NCBI GenBank assembly: GCA_963745025.1
Contig: CAVUWD010000016.1
Location: forward strand, 736,001 to 800,000
Reading direction: 5' to 3'
DNA: 64,000 bases
Source: an uncultured delta proteobacterium
Lineage (GTDB): Bacteria; Desulfobacterota; Binatia; JACPRU01
The position numbers and the translations under genes are program-made. The notes under the pieces were generated by a model. It had not been told where the DNA came from. It saw only the letters and a program-made list of their open reading frames with translations, and searched no databases. Of the stretch, positions 13,426 to 23,617 are shown in pieces (position 1 is the stretch's first letter; every line of letters starts with the position of its first letter).

Positions 13426-13662
13426 GCAAAAATTCGCGTCGTTCTCGGTCGCTGACCGCCCTCATCGCCTTGGTGCTTTGGCCATCGCCCGCGGGCGCCG
13501 AGAACATTTTCAACCGAGCTGCCGCGGCCGTCGGCGGCTTCGCCGAGCGGTCTGCTGGCTCTCTCTGCCGAAACTCGCTCGATCCGTACCGCGCCGCCGC
13601 AGCGCAAACATACGCGACGGGTGACCGTTTCACAATCGACCCCGCGCCAAGCGGCGGAGGGC

Positions 13663-13694
13663 AAAAGACGACCGGGACGAGATCCTCCGTCCCG
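13663..13694 (-). terminator. Possible terminator after the ABC exporter operon
   Basis: CGGGACG/CGTCCCG stem directly after the stop, followed by a weak T tract (gtcgtctttt). Confidence 0.4.
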
Positions 13695-13695
13695 C

Positions 13696-14898
13696 TCATT
13701 TCTCGACGCGGACGGCGCGGCCTTCGCGAAGCTCGCCCTCCGGACCGACGACGAGCAGCTCGCCCCCTTCGAGCCCGCGACTGACCGGAATCTCGTCCCC
13801 AACGTCGGTTGCGACCTCGACCGCCTTCCGCACCAGGCGATCGCGTACCACGCTCCAGACGTAGTGGCCATCCGGGCCGCGGCGGACCGCCGCCCGTGGT
13901 ACGACCACCGAGGGTTTGCCTTCGACCGCGCCGCTCGACGGCGCAGCGAGGAACGTCACGCGGACGCTCATGTCGGGCAGTAGCGTGGAATCGGGTTCGG
14001 CGATCCGCACCTCCACTTTCAGCGTCCCCTTTTGCCGATTCACCTGCGGGTAGAGCTTCACGACCTTCGCGCGGAACCGCTCCTGCGGATACGCATCCGG
14101 AACCACCTCGGCCTCCTGACCGAGGCGAACGTTGGCGAGATCCGCCTCGCTGACGTCGACTTCGGCGCGCAGCTCGGAGAGGTCGGCGAGACGCAGGAGA
14201 TCGCCGGAACCTGCGAACCCGCCGGGTACGGCGATCTCGCCGACGCCCCTCAGCTTGGCGAGCACCACGCCCCGCACCGGCGACCGTAGCTTGGTATCGT
14301 CGAGGTTGGTGCGCGCCTGGGTGAGCTCATTCTCCGCCTGCGCCACGCTGGCGGCCGCGACGTCGGCGCGACTTTCCGCTTGATCGAGCTCCTGATGCGA
14401 GACCACCCCTTGCTGGAAGAGCGTGCGCATGCGCGCGCGATCGGCTTCGGCGAGCCGCCGGTTGGCCTGCGCAAGCCGGAGCGTCGCCTCTGCCCGCCCG
14501 ACCTGCGCTCGATAGTCCCGGTCGTCCAGCTGCACGAGCAACTGTCCCGGCTCCACGTGGTCGCCTTCGTCCACCAAAAAACGATCGATGCGGCCCGGCA
14601 CGCGGACGCCGATCGCGATGTACTTTTCGGCCGTGATCAAATAGCCGGCGCCGGAGAGCACCGCTCCGGCGGTCGCCTGCCTCCCTTGCGCCACCCGCGC
14701 GTGGACACCTTGCACCCGCAGCGGAGCACCGAAGGACCAACGGTAGGCCACGTAGGCGACGAGCGCGACGATGATCCCGGCGCTGACGAGCCGCCCGGCC
14801 CGCCACCTCCCCCGCGGCGGTGACGGCGCCGCCGGCTCGACCGCCGCCCGCTCGATGCGGAGCGAGCGCAGCTGCTCCTTCAGGTTCTCGCTCGCCAT
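13696..14898 (-). CDS. Periplasmic adaptor (MacA/HlyD-like) of ABC exporter
   Basis: N-terminal TM, VDEGDHV, coiled hairpin, LRSPVRGVV, PDAYP, LLPDMSVRV. Confidence 0.92.
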   Translation of the reverse strand: MASENLKEQLRSLRIERAAVEPAAPSPPRGRWRAGRLVSAGIIVALVAYVAYRWSFGAPLRVQGVHARVAQGRQATAGAVLSGAGYLITAEKYIAIGVRVPGRIDRFLVDEGDHVEPGQLLVQLDDRDYRAQVGRAEATLRLAQANRRLAEADRARMRTLFQQGVVSHQELDQAESRADVAAASVAQAENELTQARTNLDDTKLRSPVRGVVLAKLRGVGEIAVPGGFAGSGDLLRLADLSELRAEVDVSEADLANVRLGQEAEVVPDAYPQERFRAKVVKLYPQVNRQKGTLKVEVRIAEPDSTLLPDMSVRVTFLAAPSSGAVEGKPSVVVPRAAVRRGPDGHYVWSVVRDRLVRKAVEVATDVGDEIPVSRGLEGGELLVVGPEGELREGRAVRVEK

Positions 14899-14900
14899 CG

Positions 14901-16079
14901 TCAACGCCGGCGTAGCGCCTCGACCGGTGAGAGCCTCGCGGCGTGCCGCGCCGGCAGGAATCCGCCCGCCAGGCCGAGCAGGGTGGCGAGCAGCAACACC
15001 TGGAGCGCGCTCGTCGCGGAGACCCGCAGGTCCACCGTTGCGGTCGTGAACGTCATGAGATTGATCGCCACACCCTTCATGATGGCATTGATGCCGAGCG
15101 TGGTGGCGATCGCCATCAGCACCCCTACGGCGAATCCCGCAAGGGCAATCGCCAGCGCCTCGGTGACGAACGAGATGAGGATCGAGCGGCGCGAAAAGCC
15201 GAGCGCGCGCAGGGTGCCGATCTCCGCCGTACGGCTCTTCACCGCCGCGAACATCGTGTTCATCGCTCCGAAGCTCGCGCCGATGCCCATGATCAAGCCG
15301 AGGGCGAGGGTCAGCCGAAAGAGGAAGTTCGCCGAATCGGCCTGCTCGCGGTAGTAATCGATCTCGGGCTTCGCCTCGAGGGTCCAGCGGGGGTCGGCGG
15401 CGACGCGCCGAACGAGGACCTGCGGATCGCTCCCGGGAGCGACCTTCACGCGCAGGCCGTTGTAGATCGACCGGTTCGCATCGTTCCAGAGATCGTTGAC
15501 GTCGACCCAGACCTCGCTCTCGAACGAAGAGCCGCCCGCCTCCAGGATCCCGACGACCTTCCAGACGCGGCGGCCGAAGTGCACCTCGCCGCCGAGCCGA
15601 ACCGCATAGCGAGCCGCCACGGCGCGGCCGACTGCCGCCTCGCCGGAGCTCGAGCGAGGCGCGCGGCCCTCGACGACGTGCACGTTGCGATGCACCGCAA
15701 ACGCGACCGGCCGGACGCCGCGCACGAGCACGTTCTCCCGGCCTCCATCCGGTCGATAAAAGAAGGGCTGGATCACCATCTCGGGCGAAACCAAGGGCTC
15801 GCCGTCGGCGCCGCTGGCAATGCCGGGGAAATACGCCACCGCTCGGTAGGCCTCGATCGGCAGCATGCTCGAGCCGTCGTTGGTCGCCCCCTTGCGAATG
15901 ATGATCAGGTTATCGGCCTCGCCGGTCGCGACGAGCGTCCGCTGGATCCCCGAGACGAGCGACAGCATCACCGTCACCGCGAGCACGACGAGTGCCATCA
16001 CCACCACCGTGAGTAGCGCGCGGGTGCGGCGCTGGAAGACGCTCCGTAGCGAATAGGAGAGCGGAATCGCACGGCTCAT
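14901..16079 (-). CDS. ABC transporter permease (MacB/FtsX-like)
   Basis: FESEVWVD, AMNTMFAAV..RTAEIGTLRALGF, GGFLPARHAAR. Confidence 0.92.
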   Translation of the reverse strand: MSRAIPLSYSLRSVFQRRTRALLTVVVMALVVLAVTVMLSLVSGIQRTLVATGEADNLIIIRKGATNDGSSMLPIEAYRAVAYFPGIASGADGEPLVSPEMVIQPFFYRPDGGRENVLVRGVRPVAFAVHRNVHVVEGRAPRSSSGEAAVGRAVAARYAVRLGGEVHFGRRVWKVVGILEAGGSSFESEVWVDVNDLWNDANRSIYNGLRVKVAPGSDPQVLVRRVAADPRWTLEAKPEIDYYREQADSANFLFRLTLALGLIMGIGASFGAMNTMFAAVKSRTAEIGTLRALGFSRRSILISFVTEALAIALAGFAVGVLMAIATTLGINAIMKGVAINLMTFTTATVDLRVSATSALQVLLLATLLGLAGGFLPARHAARLSPVEALRRR

Positions 16080-16084
16080 GTTGC

Positions 16085-17257
16085 TCAGAAGACCTCCCGC
16101 AATGCTTCCGCCACCGGCTTCCGCGCCGCTCCCCACGACGGGACGACTCCCGCCACCACGCCGACGAAGAGCGAGAGCAGGATCCCCTCGAGCACGTGCC
16201 ACGGCGTCACCAGGAACATCGAAAGAGGACCGAGACCCGGCTGCGCGCCCGTCGCCCCGAGTGCCGCGAGCAACTTGAGGACTCCATACGCGGCGACTGC
16301 GCCGATTACGCCGCTGCCGAGCGCGAGCGTCAGCGTCTCGGTGAGGAGGAGGCCGAGGATGGCGAAGCGGCGAAAACCGAGCGCCTTCAGAATCGCGATC
16401 TCGGAGGCGCGCTCGCGGATCGCCATCGAGCACGTGTTGGCGGTGATGACCACGACCGCGGCGACGACGAGGAAGCCGACGGCGAGGATGACGTTCGAGA
16501 GGCCGGAGAGCGAGCTCATGAAGCTTTCGAAGAACGACTTCTCGGTCTCGCTCGCTGTCTCGGCGTCGCTGTTGCGGAAGAGGTCGTCGATTCGGCGCAT
16601 GACGGTCCCGACGTTTGCGGGGTCGTCGACCCGAACCCAGATCATGCCCGCAAAGTCCGCGGAGAGCCCTTTGGCGCGCAGCGCCTCCTCCATGTAGGTG
16701 CGTGAGAACAGGAACCACATCGGATTGCCGTGCGGCTCGGGCAACACTCCGACGATCCGGAAATCGAGATCGACCGGCCAGATCGTGCTGCGCAGCGTCA
16801 CGCGATCGCCGACCTTCCAACGGAACTTGCGCATGGTCTGGTAGCCCACCAGCGCGCCGTCACGGTAGCGGCGGAAATCGGCGATCGCCTGCGGATCGAT
16901 CTGGAACTCGGCCCAGATGTCGCCGACGGCGTCCGCGTCGACGGCGAAGTTCGGGAACAGGTTCTTCGGTTCGTCGTAGACGCCTCCGAACCAGTTGAAC
17001 GAGGTCGCAGCCGTCACGCCCGGCACCGCGCGGACCTTCTGCAGGTAGCTGTACGGCATCATGTAGCTGAGCCCCGCCTTGTTGTGCACCAGCACGCGGC
17101 TTCCCGAGGTCACGCGCTCGACGAGCGCGGCGAGGCCGCTCGGCAGCGTCAACACGGCGCAGGCGAGGAAGATCGACAGCATGATCGACGCCGCGGTGAG
17201 CACCGTGCGTAGGCGACCGCGGCGGAAGTTCCGCGACACCAGCGTCCGATAGTTCAC
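16085..17257 (-). CDS. ABC transporter permease (MacB/FtsX-like)
   Basis: GTG start [38 protein letters not shown]. Confidence 0.92.
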   Translation of the reverse strand: MNYRTLVSRNFRRGRLRTVLTAASIMLSIFLACAVLTLPSGLAALVERVTSGSRVLVHNKAGLSYMMPYSYLQKVRAVPGVTAATSFNWFGGVYDEPKNLFPNFAVDADAVGDIWAEFQIDPQAIADFRRYRDGALVGYQTMRKFRWKVGDRVTLRSTIWPVDLDFRIVGVLPEPHGNPMWFLFSRTYMEEALRAKGLSADFAGMIWVRVDDPANVGTVMRRIDDLFRNSDAETASETEKSFFESFMSSLSGLSNVILAVGFLVVAAVVVITANTCSMAIRERASEIAILKALGFRRFAILGLLLTETLTLALGSGVIGAVAAYGVLKLLAALGATGAQPGLGPLSMFLVTPWHVLEGILLSLFVGVVAGVVPSWGAARKPVAEALREVF

Positions 17258-18001
17258 GGCTTCACCTTCGCGTGCCGACGCGCCGTGCCGAGCGCCTGCT
17301 CGAGTGTCTCGCTCGCCCGCAGCGCCTCGTCGCCCGCGAGCAGGCGTCCCTTGTCGAGGTGATGAACCTCGTCGACCCAGCGCAGCGCCCGCAGGTCGTG
17401 GGTCACCAGCACGATCGCCTTCTGAAACTCTCGATTGAGCTCCGAGAGCAGCGCCAGAACGGCATCGGCACTCTGCGCGTCGAGATCGCCGGTCGGCTCG
17501 TCGGCGACGATCAGGTCGGGGTCGGTGACGATCGCGCGAGCGATCGCCACTCGCTGCTGCTCCCCTCCCGAGAGCGTACCGGGGAGCTGATCGAAGCGCT
17601 CCTGGACGAGCCCGACGACCTCCAGCGCCACCTCCGCGCGCCGACGCCGCTCGGGGCCTCGCGAGGTCGGTCAGGAGCAGCGGCAGCTCCACGTTCTCGC
17701 GCGCCGAAAGCACCGGGATCAGGTTGTAGAACTGGAACACCAGCCCGACGTGCCGCGCGCGCCAGGCGGCGAGCTCGTCCTCCGAGAGGCCCGTCAAGCG
17801 CCGGCCGGCCACCTCTACTTCCCCCTCGTCGGGGCGATCGATGCCCGAGAGGAGGTTCAGCAGCGTGGACTTGCCGGAGCCCGATGGGCCCATGAGCGCC
17901 GCGAACCGGCCGTCGGGGATCGTCAAGGTCACGTGATCGAGCGCCCGTACGACGTCGGGTCCGCGCTGGAAATGCCGAGAGACGTTGAGCAGACGGATCA
18001 T
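17254..18001 (-). CDS. ABC ATP-binding protein (LolD/MacB-type), one indel near 17650
   Basis: [42 protein letters not shown]. Confidence 0.93.
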
Positions 18002-18200
18002 CGCAGAGCGATCATGCCACCACAGGACGAGTAGCGATAGGCGAGGATCTCCACGCTGGGAATGCCTCAGTTTCACTGCGAGCGCTTCGGTCACCGGATA
18101 CCGCGCTCGGTTTCGATCGGCCCGTACTCGGGTCGACCGGAACCAAGCGCAACCGCGCGGAAGCGCGGAAAACAATGACCCACCGAATCGGTTTATTGAG

Positions 18201-18330
18201 CCCCAAAACCTCAGCTGACCGGAAAAGTGCCGAAAGAACCTTCGCTACTGCGGTGGTCTTACGCCCTCGAAACAAACTGCGCCACAGTTGGATTTCATGC
18301 AGACCGGGGTATCGAACTGAGGTTTTTGGG
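18201..18330. other. Intergenic element with terminal inverted repeats and nested stem (ncRNA or MITE candidate)
   Basis: ccccaaaacctcag ... ctgaggtttttggg enclosing a ccgg/ccgg pair and an actgcgg...ccacagt stem. Confidence 0.4.
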
Positions 18331-18459
18331 TTGAGTCAGCGCTTCGCCGCTCTTCGTGTAGCCGAGCATCCTAGCGGCCAAGCCCGACCTACGCCGCCCT
18401 GTTGACCCTGGCGGCTGGCGCGGCATAGAGACTGCTCCGGAACAGAAAGGAGATCGTTC

Positions 18460-18663
18460 ATGGCCGAGGTGCGTATTCGGACACTCAAAGATGGCCCATA
18501 CGAGGTGAAGGGAGCCGTCCAGCTGGTCGACGCCGGCCGAGCCGACTTCAAGCTCACCGAAGACCCGATCTACCTGTGCCGCTGCGGCCACTCTGCGAAC
18601 AAGCCGTTCTGCGACGGGTCGCACAAGAACTCCGGGTTCAAGTCGGAAGAACCGGCCCGCTGA
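18460..18663 (+). CDS. CDGSH iron-sulfur domain protein
   Basis: DGPYEV...LCRCGHSANKPFCDGSH; GGAG RBS. Confidence 0.95.
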   Translation: MAEVRIRTLKDGPYEVKGAVQLVDAGRADFKLTEDPIYLCRCGHSANKPFCDGSHKNSGFKSEEPAR

Positions 18664-18673
18664 AGCGAATCGG

Positions 18674-19831
18674 ATGGACCCAAAGGCCGCCACCCGCGAG
18701 CACATCGATCGAGCACGCTCGACGCTCGTCCCGCTCAGCCACCGCATCCACGCCCATCCGGAGCTCGGCTTCGAGGAAGAACGAGCGGCGACCTGGCTCT
18801 GTGAAACCCTCGTCGATGGCGGCTTCGCGGTCGATCGGGGCGTCTACGAGCTGCCGACCGCGTTCGTGGCGCGAGCGGGCTCGGGCCCGCTCCACGTGGC
18901 GATCTGCGCCGAGTACGATTGCCTACCCGGCATCGGGCACGCGTGCGGCCACAACGTGATCGGCTCCGCCGCTGTCGGCGCGGGGCTTGCGCTCGCCCGC
19001 GTCGCGGACGACGTCGGTCTCACGGTGACCGTGATCGGTACGCCGGCCGAGGAATCCGGCGGCGGCAAGATCCTGCTGCTCGAGCGCGGCGCGTTCGCAG
19101 GTATCCACGCAGCGATGATGGTGCATCCCGCGCCGATCGACATCGCCGACCCCAAGATGCTCGCCTGGTCGCAGTTCGACGTTCACTACCACGGCAAAGA
19201 GGCCCACGCCTCGGCCTTTCCCGAGCTCGGCATCAACGCGCTCGATGCGCTTACGATCGCGCAGACATCGATCGGCCTCCTCCGCCAACACATGCGACCG
19301 ACCGACCGGGTACACGGCATCATCACCAAGGGCGGCGACGCCGCCAACGTGGTGCCCGCGCACACCTCGGCACGCTACATGGTGCGCGCCGAGAGCTCCG
19401 CGGGCCTCGCAGAGATCCAAGGAAAAGTGATGCGCTGCTTCGAGGCAGGCGCGCTCGCGACCGGGACGCGGCTCGACGTCCGACCGGCGGGCCCGCCGTA
19501 CGCGGAGATCGCACACGACTCGCAGATCGCCGCACTCTATCGCAAGAATGCCGAGCAACTCGGACGGGTCTTCCCGCCGCTCGGGTCCCGCGCTCTGGCG
19601 GGCTCGACCGACATGGGCAACATCTCGCAGGCGATGCCTTCGATTCATCCGACGATCGGCCTCGGCTGCTTCCCCATCGTGAACCATCAGCCGGAGTTCG
19701 CCGCCTACTGCGCGACGCCGGTCGCGGATCAGGCCCTCATCGACGGCGCAGTCGCGATGGCTTGGACCGCGATCGACCTGGCGAGCGATGCCTCGCTTCG
19801 GGCGCGGCTCACCGGACCATCACCGCGATGA
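18674..19831 (+). CDS. M20 family amidohydrolase (ACY1L2/AbgB-like)
   Basis: HPELGFEE, AEYDCLPGIGHACGHN, GTPAEE, HAS, GSTDMGN. Confidence 0.92.
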   Translation: MDPKAATREHIDRARSTLVPLSHRIHAHPELGFEEERAATWLCETLVDGGFAVDRGVYELPTAFVARAGSGPLHVAICAEYDCLPGIGHACGHNVIGSAAVGAGLALARVADDVGLTVTVIGTPAEESGGGKILLLERGAFAGIHAAMMVHPAPIDIADPKMLAWSQFDVHYHGKEAHASAFPELGINALDALTIAQTSIGLLRQHMRPTDRVHGIITKGGDAANVVPAHTSARYMVRAESSAGLAEIQGKVMRCFEAGALATGTRLDVRPAGPPYAEIAHDSQIAALYRKNAEQLGRVFPPLGSRALAGSTDMGNISQAMPSIHPTIGLGCFPIVNHQPEFAAYCATPVADQALIDGAVAMAWTAIDLASDASLRARLTGPSPR

Positions 19832-19850
19832 ATGTCTACCCAGGGAGCGG

Positions 19851-19934
19851 CCGAAGACCTCGACGGGCAAGGTGCAGAAGTTCGCCCTGCGCGAGAAGGA
19901 ATGGGCGGGCCAGGACAAGCGGATCCACGACTGA
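19851..19934 (+). pseudogene. C-terminal remnant of an acyl-CoA synthetase (AMP-binding)
   Basis: PKTSTGKVQKFALREKEWAGQDKRIHD*: the A10 Lys motif of adenylate-forming enzymes, with no upstream body. Confidence 0.75.
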
Positions 19935-19937
19935 AGA

Positions 19938-20005
19938 GGCTTCGGGCTTCGGGAAAGGCGCCACGGAGTCCTTTGCGGTAGCCGGTAGCCGGCAGCCCGG
20001 TAGCC
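19938..20005. repeat. GCTACCG-heptamer element, copy 3 (reverse orientation)
   Basis: ggcttcgggcttcgggaaagg-cgccacggagt-cctttgcggtagccggtagccggcagcccggtagcc. Confidence 0.8.
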
Positions 20006-20018
20006 TGGAGTCTTCCTG

Positions 20019-22586
20019 ATGCCGAAAACTCGCCGGCCCTCGCGCTTCCGTCTCGACCCCGCGGTTCGTCCCACCGACTATGAGCTGCTCCTCGAGCCCG
20101 ATCTCCAAGCCGGGACGTTTCGTGGCGAGGTGCGGATCGACGTCGAGATCGCCCGGCCGCGACCCGCCATCACGCTGCATGCCGCCGATCTGACCGTCGA
20201 GAGCGCGACCATCGAGTCGAAAGGCTCCGTGCATCCCGTCCGGCTCAAGCCACGGCGCGCGGATGAAGCCGTGACGCTCGTCCCGGCTCGCCGCGTCGCG
20301 GGCAGCGCAACACTCGTGCTCTCGTTTTCCGGGCGGCTGGGCACACATCTGCGCGGTCTCTACGCGGCCGCATCCGACGGTCGACGGTATGCCTTCACCC
20401 AGCTCGAAGCGGCCGACGCGCGCCGGATGTTTCCCTGCTTCGACGAGCCAAGCTTCAAGGCGCGCCATCGGCTCTCGGTCGCCGCGCGCGAGAGCGACGC
20501 GGTGGTCTCGAACAGCCCGATCGAGAGCGAGGAGCCTCTCCGCGACGGCCGCCGGCTGGTGCGCTTCGCGAAGACGCCCCGACTCTCGACGTACCTGCTC
20601 GCGCTCGCCGTCGGGCCGCTCGAGGCGTCGGCGGTGCGCACGGTCGGAGAGACGCCGATCCGCGTCTGGCACGTTCCGGGCAAGGGCCACCTCGCCGACT
20701 TCGGCCTCGAGGCGGCCGCGGAGTCTCTGCGGCGGCTCGAAGCGTACTTCCGGATCCCCTACCCCTACGGCAAGCTCGACCTCGTCGCCGTGCCCGACTT
20801 CGAGGCCGGCGCCATGGAGAACGCCGGCGCGGTTTTCTTTCGCGAGACGCTCCTGCTTCTCGACCCGGCCACCGCTTCGCTCGCGGAGCGCAAGCGCGCG
20901 GCCGAGGTCATCGCCCACGAGCTCGCGCACATGTGGTACGGCGATCTCGTCACCATGGCGTGGTGGGACGATCTGTGGCTGAACGAGGCGTTCGCCACCT
21001 GGATGGCCTACAAGGTCGTGGACGACTGGAAGCCCGACTGGCGCATGTGGCAGGGCTACGAGCACGACCGTGCGGGCGCGCTGGCCCTCGATGCGCTCGT
21101 CAACACCCACCCCATCTATGCGCGCGTGCAGAGCGTTGCGGAGGCCACGGAGAACTTCGACGCCATCACCTACGAGAAGGGCGCCGCGGTCGTTCGCATG
21201 ATCGAGCACTACCTCGGCGCCGACACGTTCCGCGCCGGCGTCCGTCTCTACATGCAACGGCACCGCGAGCAGAACGCGGTCGCACGCGATCTCTGGCGAG
21301 CGCTCGAGGAGGCATCCGGTCGCGAGGTCGAGCGCGTGGCGCAGGCCTGGATCGAGAAACCGGGCTTTCCGCTCGTGACGATCCGCCGGGATGGCACGCC
21401 GAAGCTGGGCGTTCGGCAGGAGCGCTTCTTTTCGGACCCGCGGATCGCCGCGACACGCCGGCGCTCGGCCTGGCCGTTGCCGCTAGTCGTCAAGCGAGCC
21501 GGCCGAAACGGCGCCAACCTCGACCGCTTCCTCGTCGACGGCGCTTCGAAGACGATCGCGCTGCCGGTGCGCAAGGCCCCGACTTGGATCTACGGCAACG
21601 CCAACGCAGGCGGTTTCTACCGGGTGCTGCACGAACCGCAGGATCACCGCGCGCTCGTCGAGCGCCTGCAGGAGGCGCTCTCGCCCGTCGAGCGGCTCGC
21701 GCTCGCGGGAGACCAGTGGGCGCTCGTCCGCGCCGGTCGCGCGACGATCGAGAGCTTCCTGGACGTCGTCGACGCGCTCGGCGGCGAAACCGACTACGAC
21801 GTTCTCGACGGCGTCGGCGGTCCGCTCGGCCTGATCGACGACCAGGTCGTCGAGGGCGAGCTTCAAGAACGCTTCCGCGCCTGGATCGCTCGGCGCTTCG
21901 GGGCGCAGCTCGAATCGCTCGGCTGGACGGCGTCGCCCAAGGAGGACGACGCGCGGCGGCTTCGCCGTGCCGCGGTCGTTCGCCTCGTCGGTTCGATCGC
22001 CGAGGCGCCGCCCGTAGTCGCCGAAGCCCGCCGCCGCCTCGATGCCTACCTCGCGGATCGCGCTTCGCTGGAGCCGAACCTCGCCGACCCGGTGGTTTCG
22101 CTCGCGGCGCGCAGCGGCGACTCGGAGCTCTACGACCGCTATCGAAACGTGATCGCACGCGCCGCGACGCCTCAGGAGCGCCGACGGTTTTTGCTGAGCC
22201 TCGCCTCGTTTCGCCGGCGCGAGCTCGTCGAGCGCACGCTCACGGCGACCCTCGGAGCCGAGATCCCGACGCAGGACGTCGCCTTTCTCTACATGCGGCT
22301 CTTCTCCAACCCGGAAGGAGGCGAGCCCTCCTGGCGCTTCTTCACCAAGAACTGGAAGACGATCCGTCAGCGCATTCCGCCGCTCATGGTCTCACGTCTC
22401 GTCGAGGCAACTCCTTCGCTGCGCGAGCCACGCTACGCTCGCGAGGTCGCGCGCTTCTTCCGCGCCCACCCCGTGGCCGAAGCCCGGCGCTCGCTGAAGC
22501 AAGCCCTGGAGATCTTCCGCTTGAACGCCGATCTCCGGCGGCGCATCACTCCAGGGATCTCCCGCTGGCTCCGGGAGTCCGCCTGA
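20019..22586 (+). CDS. pepN: M1 family aminopeptidase with ERAP1-like C-terminal domain
   Basis: TQLE..DARRMFPCFDEP, GAMEN, HELAH...LWLNE, YEKG. Confidence 0.95.
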   Translation: MPKTRRPSRFRLDPAVRPTDYELLLEPDLQAGTFRGEVRIDVEIARPRPAITLHAADLTVESATIESKGSVHPVRLKPRRADEAVTLVPARRVAGSATLVLSFSGRLGTHLRGLYAAASDGRRYAFTQLEAADARRMFPCFDEPSFKARHRLSVAARESDAVVSNSPIESEEPLRDGRRLVRFAKTPRLSTYLLALAVGPLEASAVRTVGETPIRVWHVPGKGHLADFGLEAAAESLRRLEAYFRIPYPYGKLDLVAVPDFEAGAMENAGAVFFRETLLLLDPATASLAERKRAAEVIAHELAHMWYGDLVTMAWWDDLWLNEAFATWMAYKVVDDWKPDWRMWQGYEHDRAGALALDALVNTHPIYARVQSVAEATENFDAITYEKGAAVVRMIEHYLGADTFRAGVRLYMQRHREQNAVARDLWRALEEASGREVERVAQAWIEKPGFPLVTIRRDGTPKLGVRQERFFSDPRIAATRRRSAWPLPLVVKRAGRNGANLDRFLVDGASKTIALPVRKAPTWIYGNANAGGFYRVLHEPQDHRALVERLQEALSPVERLALAGDQWALVRAGRATIESFLDVVDALGGETDYDVLDGVGGPLGLIDDQVVEGELQERFRAWIARRFGAQLESLGWTASPKEDDARRLRRAAVVRLVGSIAEAPPVVAEARRRLDAYLADRASLEPNLADPVVSLAARSGDSELYDRYRNVIARAATPQERRRFLLSLASFRRRELVERTLTATLGAEIPTQDVAFLYMRLFSNPEGGEPSWRFFTKNWKTIRQRIPPLMVSRLVEATPSLREPRYAREVARFFRAHPVAEARRSLKQALEIFRLNADLRRRITPGISRWLRESA

Positions 22587-22768
22587 CGCGCTCGAAGACC
22601 CGAAGCCGCACCCAGCGACCCTTGGATCACTCCGAATCTGACCGCCGCCATACCACGCGATTCTCCCTCGAAACCTGCCGGCGGTCGATTTCATACCGAC
22701 TCGAGGGCCCTCCGACCGGGCGCGCTGAATTGCATCGCTGCCGCAAAGCTGCTTGTTTCGAGAACCCG

Positions 22769-23461
22769 ATGCCCGCACGCAAGCGCAACGGCTCCATGAC
22801 GCTTGCCGACGCTCTCGCCGAGGAGATCAAGGCCGAGCGGCTCGATACCCTGAGTGGCCCCGATAGGCCGGAGGGTCGGGCGCTCGGCGCCGCGGTTGGC
22901 GCCAGCGTCGCGCGGCACCGCAGGAAGCGAAAGATCGCGCTCGAGAAGCTCGCCGAACGCAGCGGCATCCGGCTCACCCTGCTACGCGCGCTCGAGAACG
23001 GGCAGGCGGTGCCGAGCCTGCGCGCGATCTGGCACCTGGCCACCGCCCTCCAAGTCCCGTTCGGCGCGCTGCTGGCGAACACGACGCTGTCTCGCACCTC
23101 GGATCCGGATTTTCGCATCCAGCGCGGCGGCCAAGGCCGTGTCATCTCTTCGGCGGACGGCCGTTTCCGCTCGCGTCCGCTCTTCCTGGAGGGCGATCCA
23201 CGCGCTCCCGAAGTCTACGAGCTGACGCTGGCTCCCGGCTGCCTCGAGGAAGCCGCGCCGCGCGCGCCGCGCACCTTCGAGCACCTCAGCGTGGTGCGTG
23301 GTCGCTTGATCGTGCGCTCGGGGAACGCCACGGCGGATCTCGGCCCCGGCGATGCGCTCTTCTTCCGCGCGGACCTGCCGCACAGCTACGAGAACCGGGG
23401 CGCCGAGGACACCGTCGCCCAACTCGTGATGAGCTACGCAGCGAACTCGCGCGCGCGCTGA
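22769..23461 (+). CDS. XRE-family HTH transcriptional regulator with cupin domain
   Basis: LEKLAERSGI..LENGQAVPSL HTH; cupin EHLSVVRG...GDALFFRADLPHSYEN. Confidence 0.88.
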   Translation: MPARKRNGSMTLADALAEEIKAERLDTLSGPDRPEGRALGAAVGASVARHRRKRKIALEKLAERSGIRLTLLRALENGQAVPSLRAIWHLATALQVPFGALLANTTLSRTSDPDFRIQRGGQGRVISSADGRFRSRPLFLEGDPRAPEVYELTLAPGCLEEAAPRAPRTFEHLSVVRGRLIVRSGNATADLGPGDALFFRADLPHSYENRGAEDTVAQLVMSYAANSRAR

Positions 23462-23521
23462 CGGGTAACCCGAGGCCTGCAAAATCGCGACGGCCCTGCG
23501 CGGCGCGCGGCAGCCACTTCC

Positions 23522-23604
23522 CGGCTGCCCGCTACAGCTCACAAGCTACAGAAGAATCCACGAAGTCTTTCGCGGAAGCCCGAAACCGGAAGCGCGTAGC
23601 CCGG
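23522..23604. repeat. GCTACCG-heptamer element, degenerate copy 4
   Basis: cggctgcccgctacag...gctacag-aagaatccacgaagtcttt-cgcggaagcc...gtagcccgg. The core matches copy 5; lies between convergent genes. Confidence 0.65.
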
Positions 23605-23617
23605 ACCCCGTCGCCGG

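Noticed and set aside
13426-13662. Gap upstream of era as an ORF or riboswitch
   Set aside because: Candidate ORFs overlap both neighbours and I could not match a known RNA motif; left uncalled.
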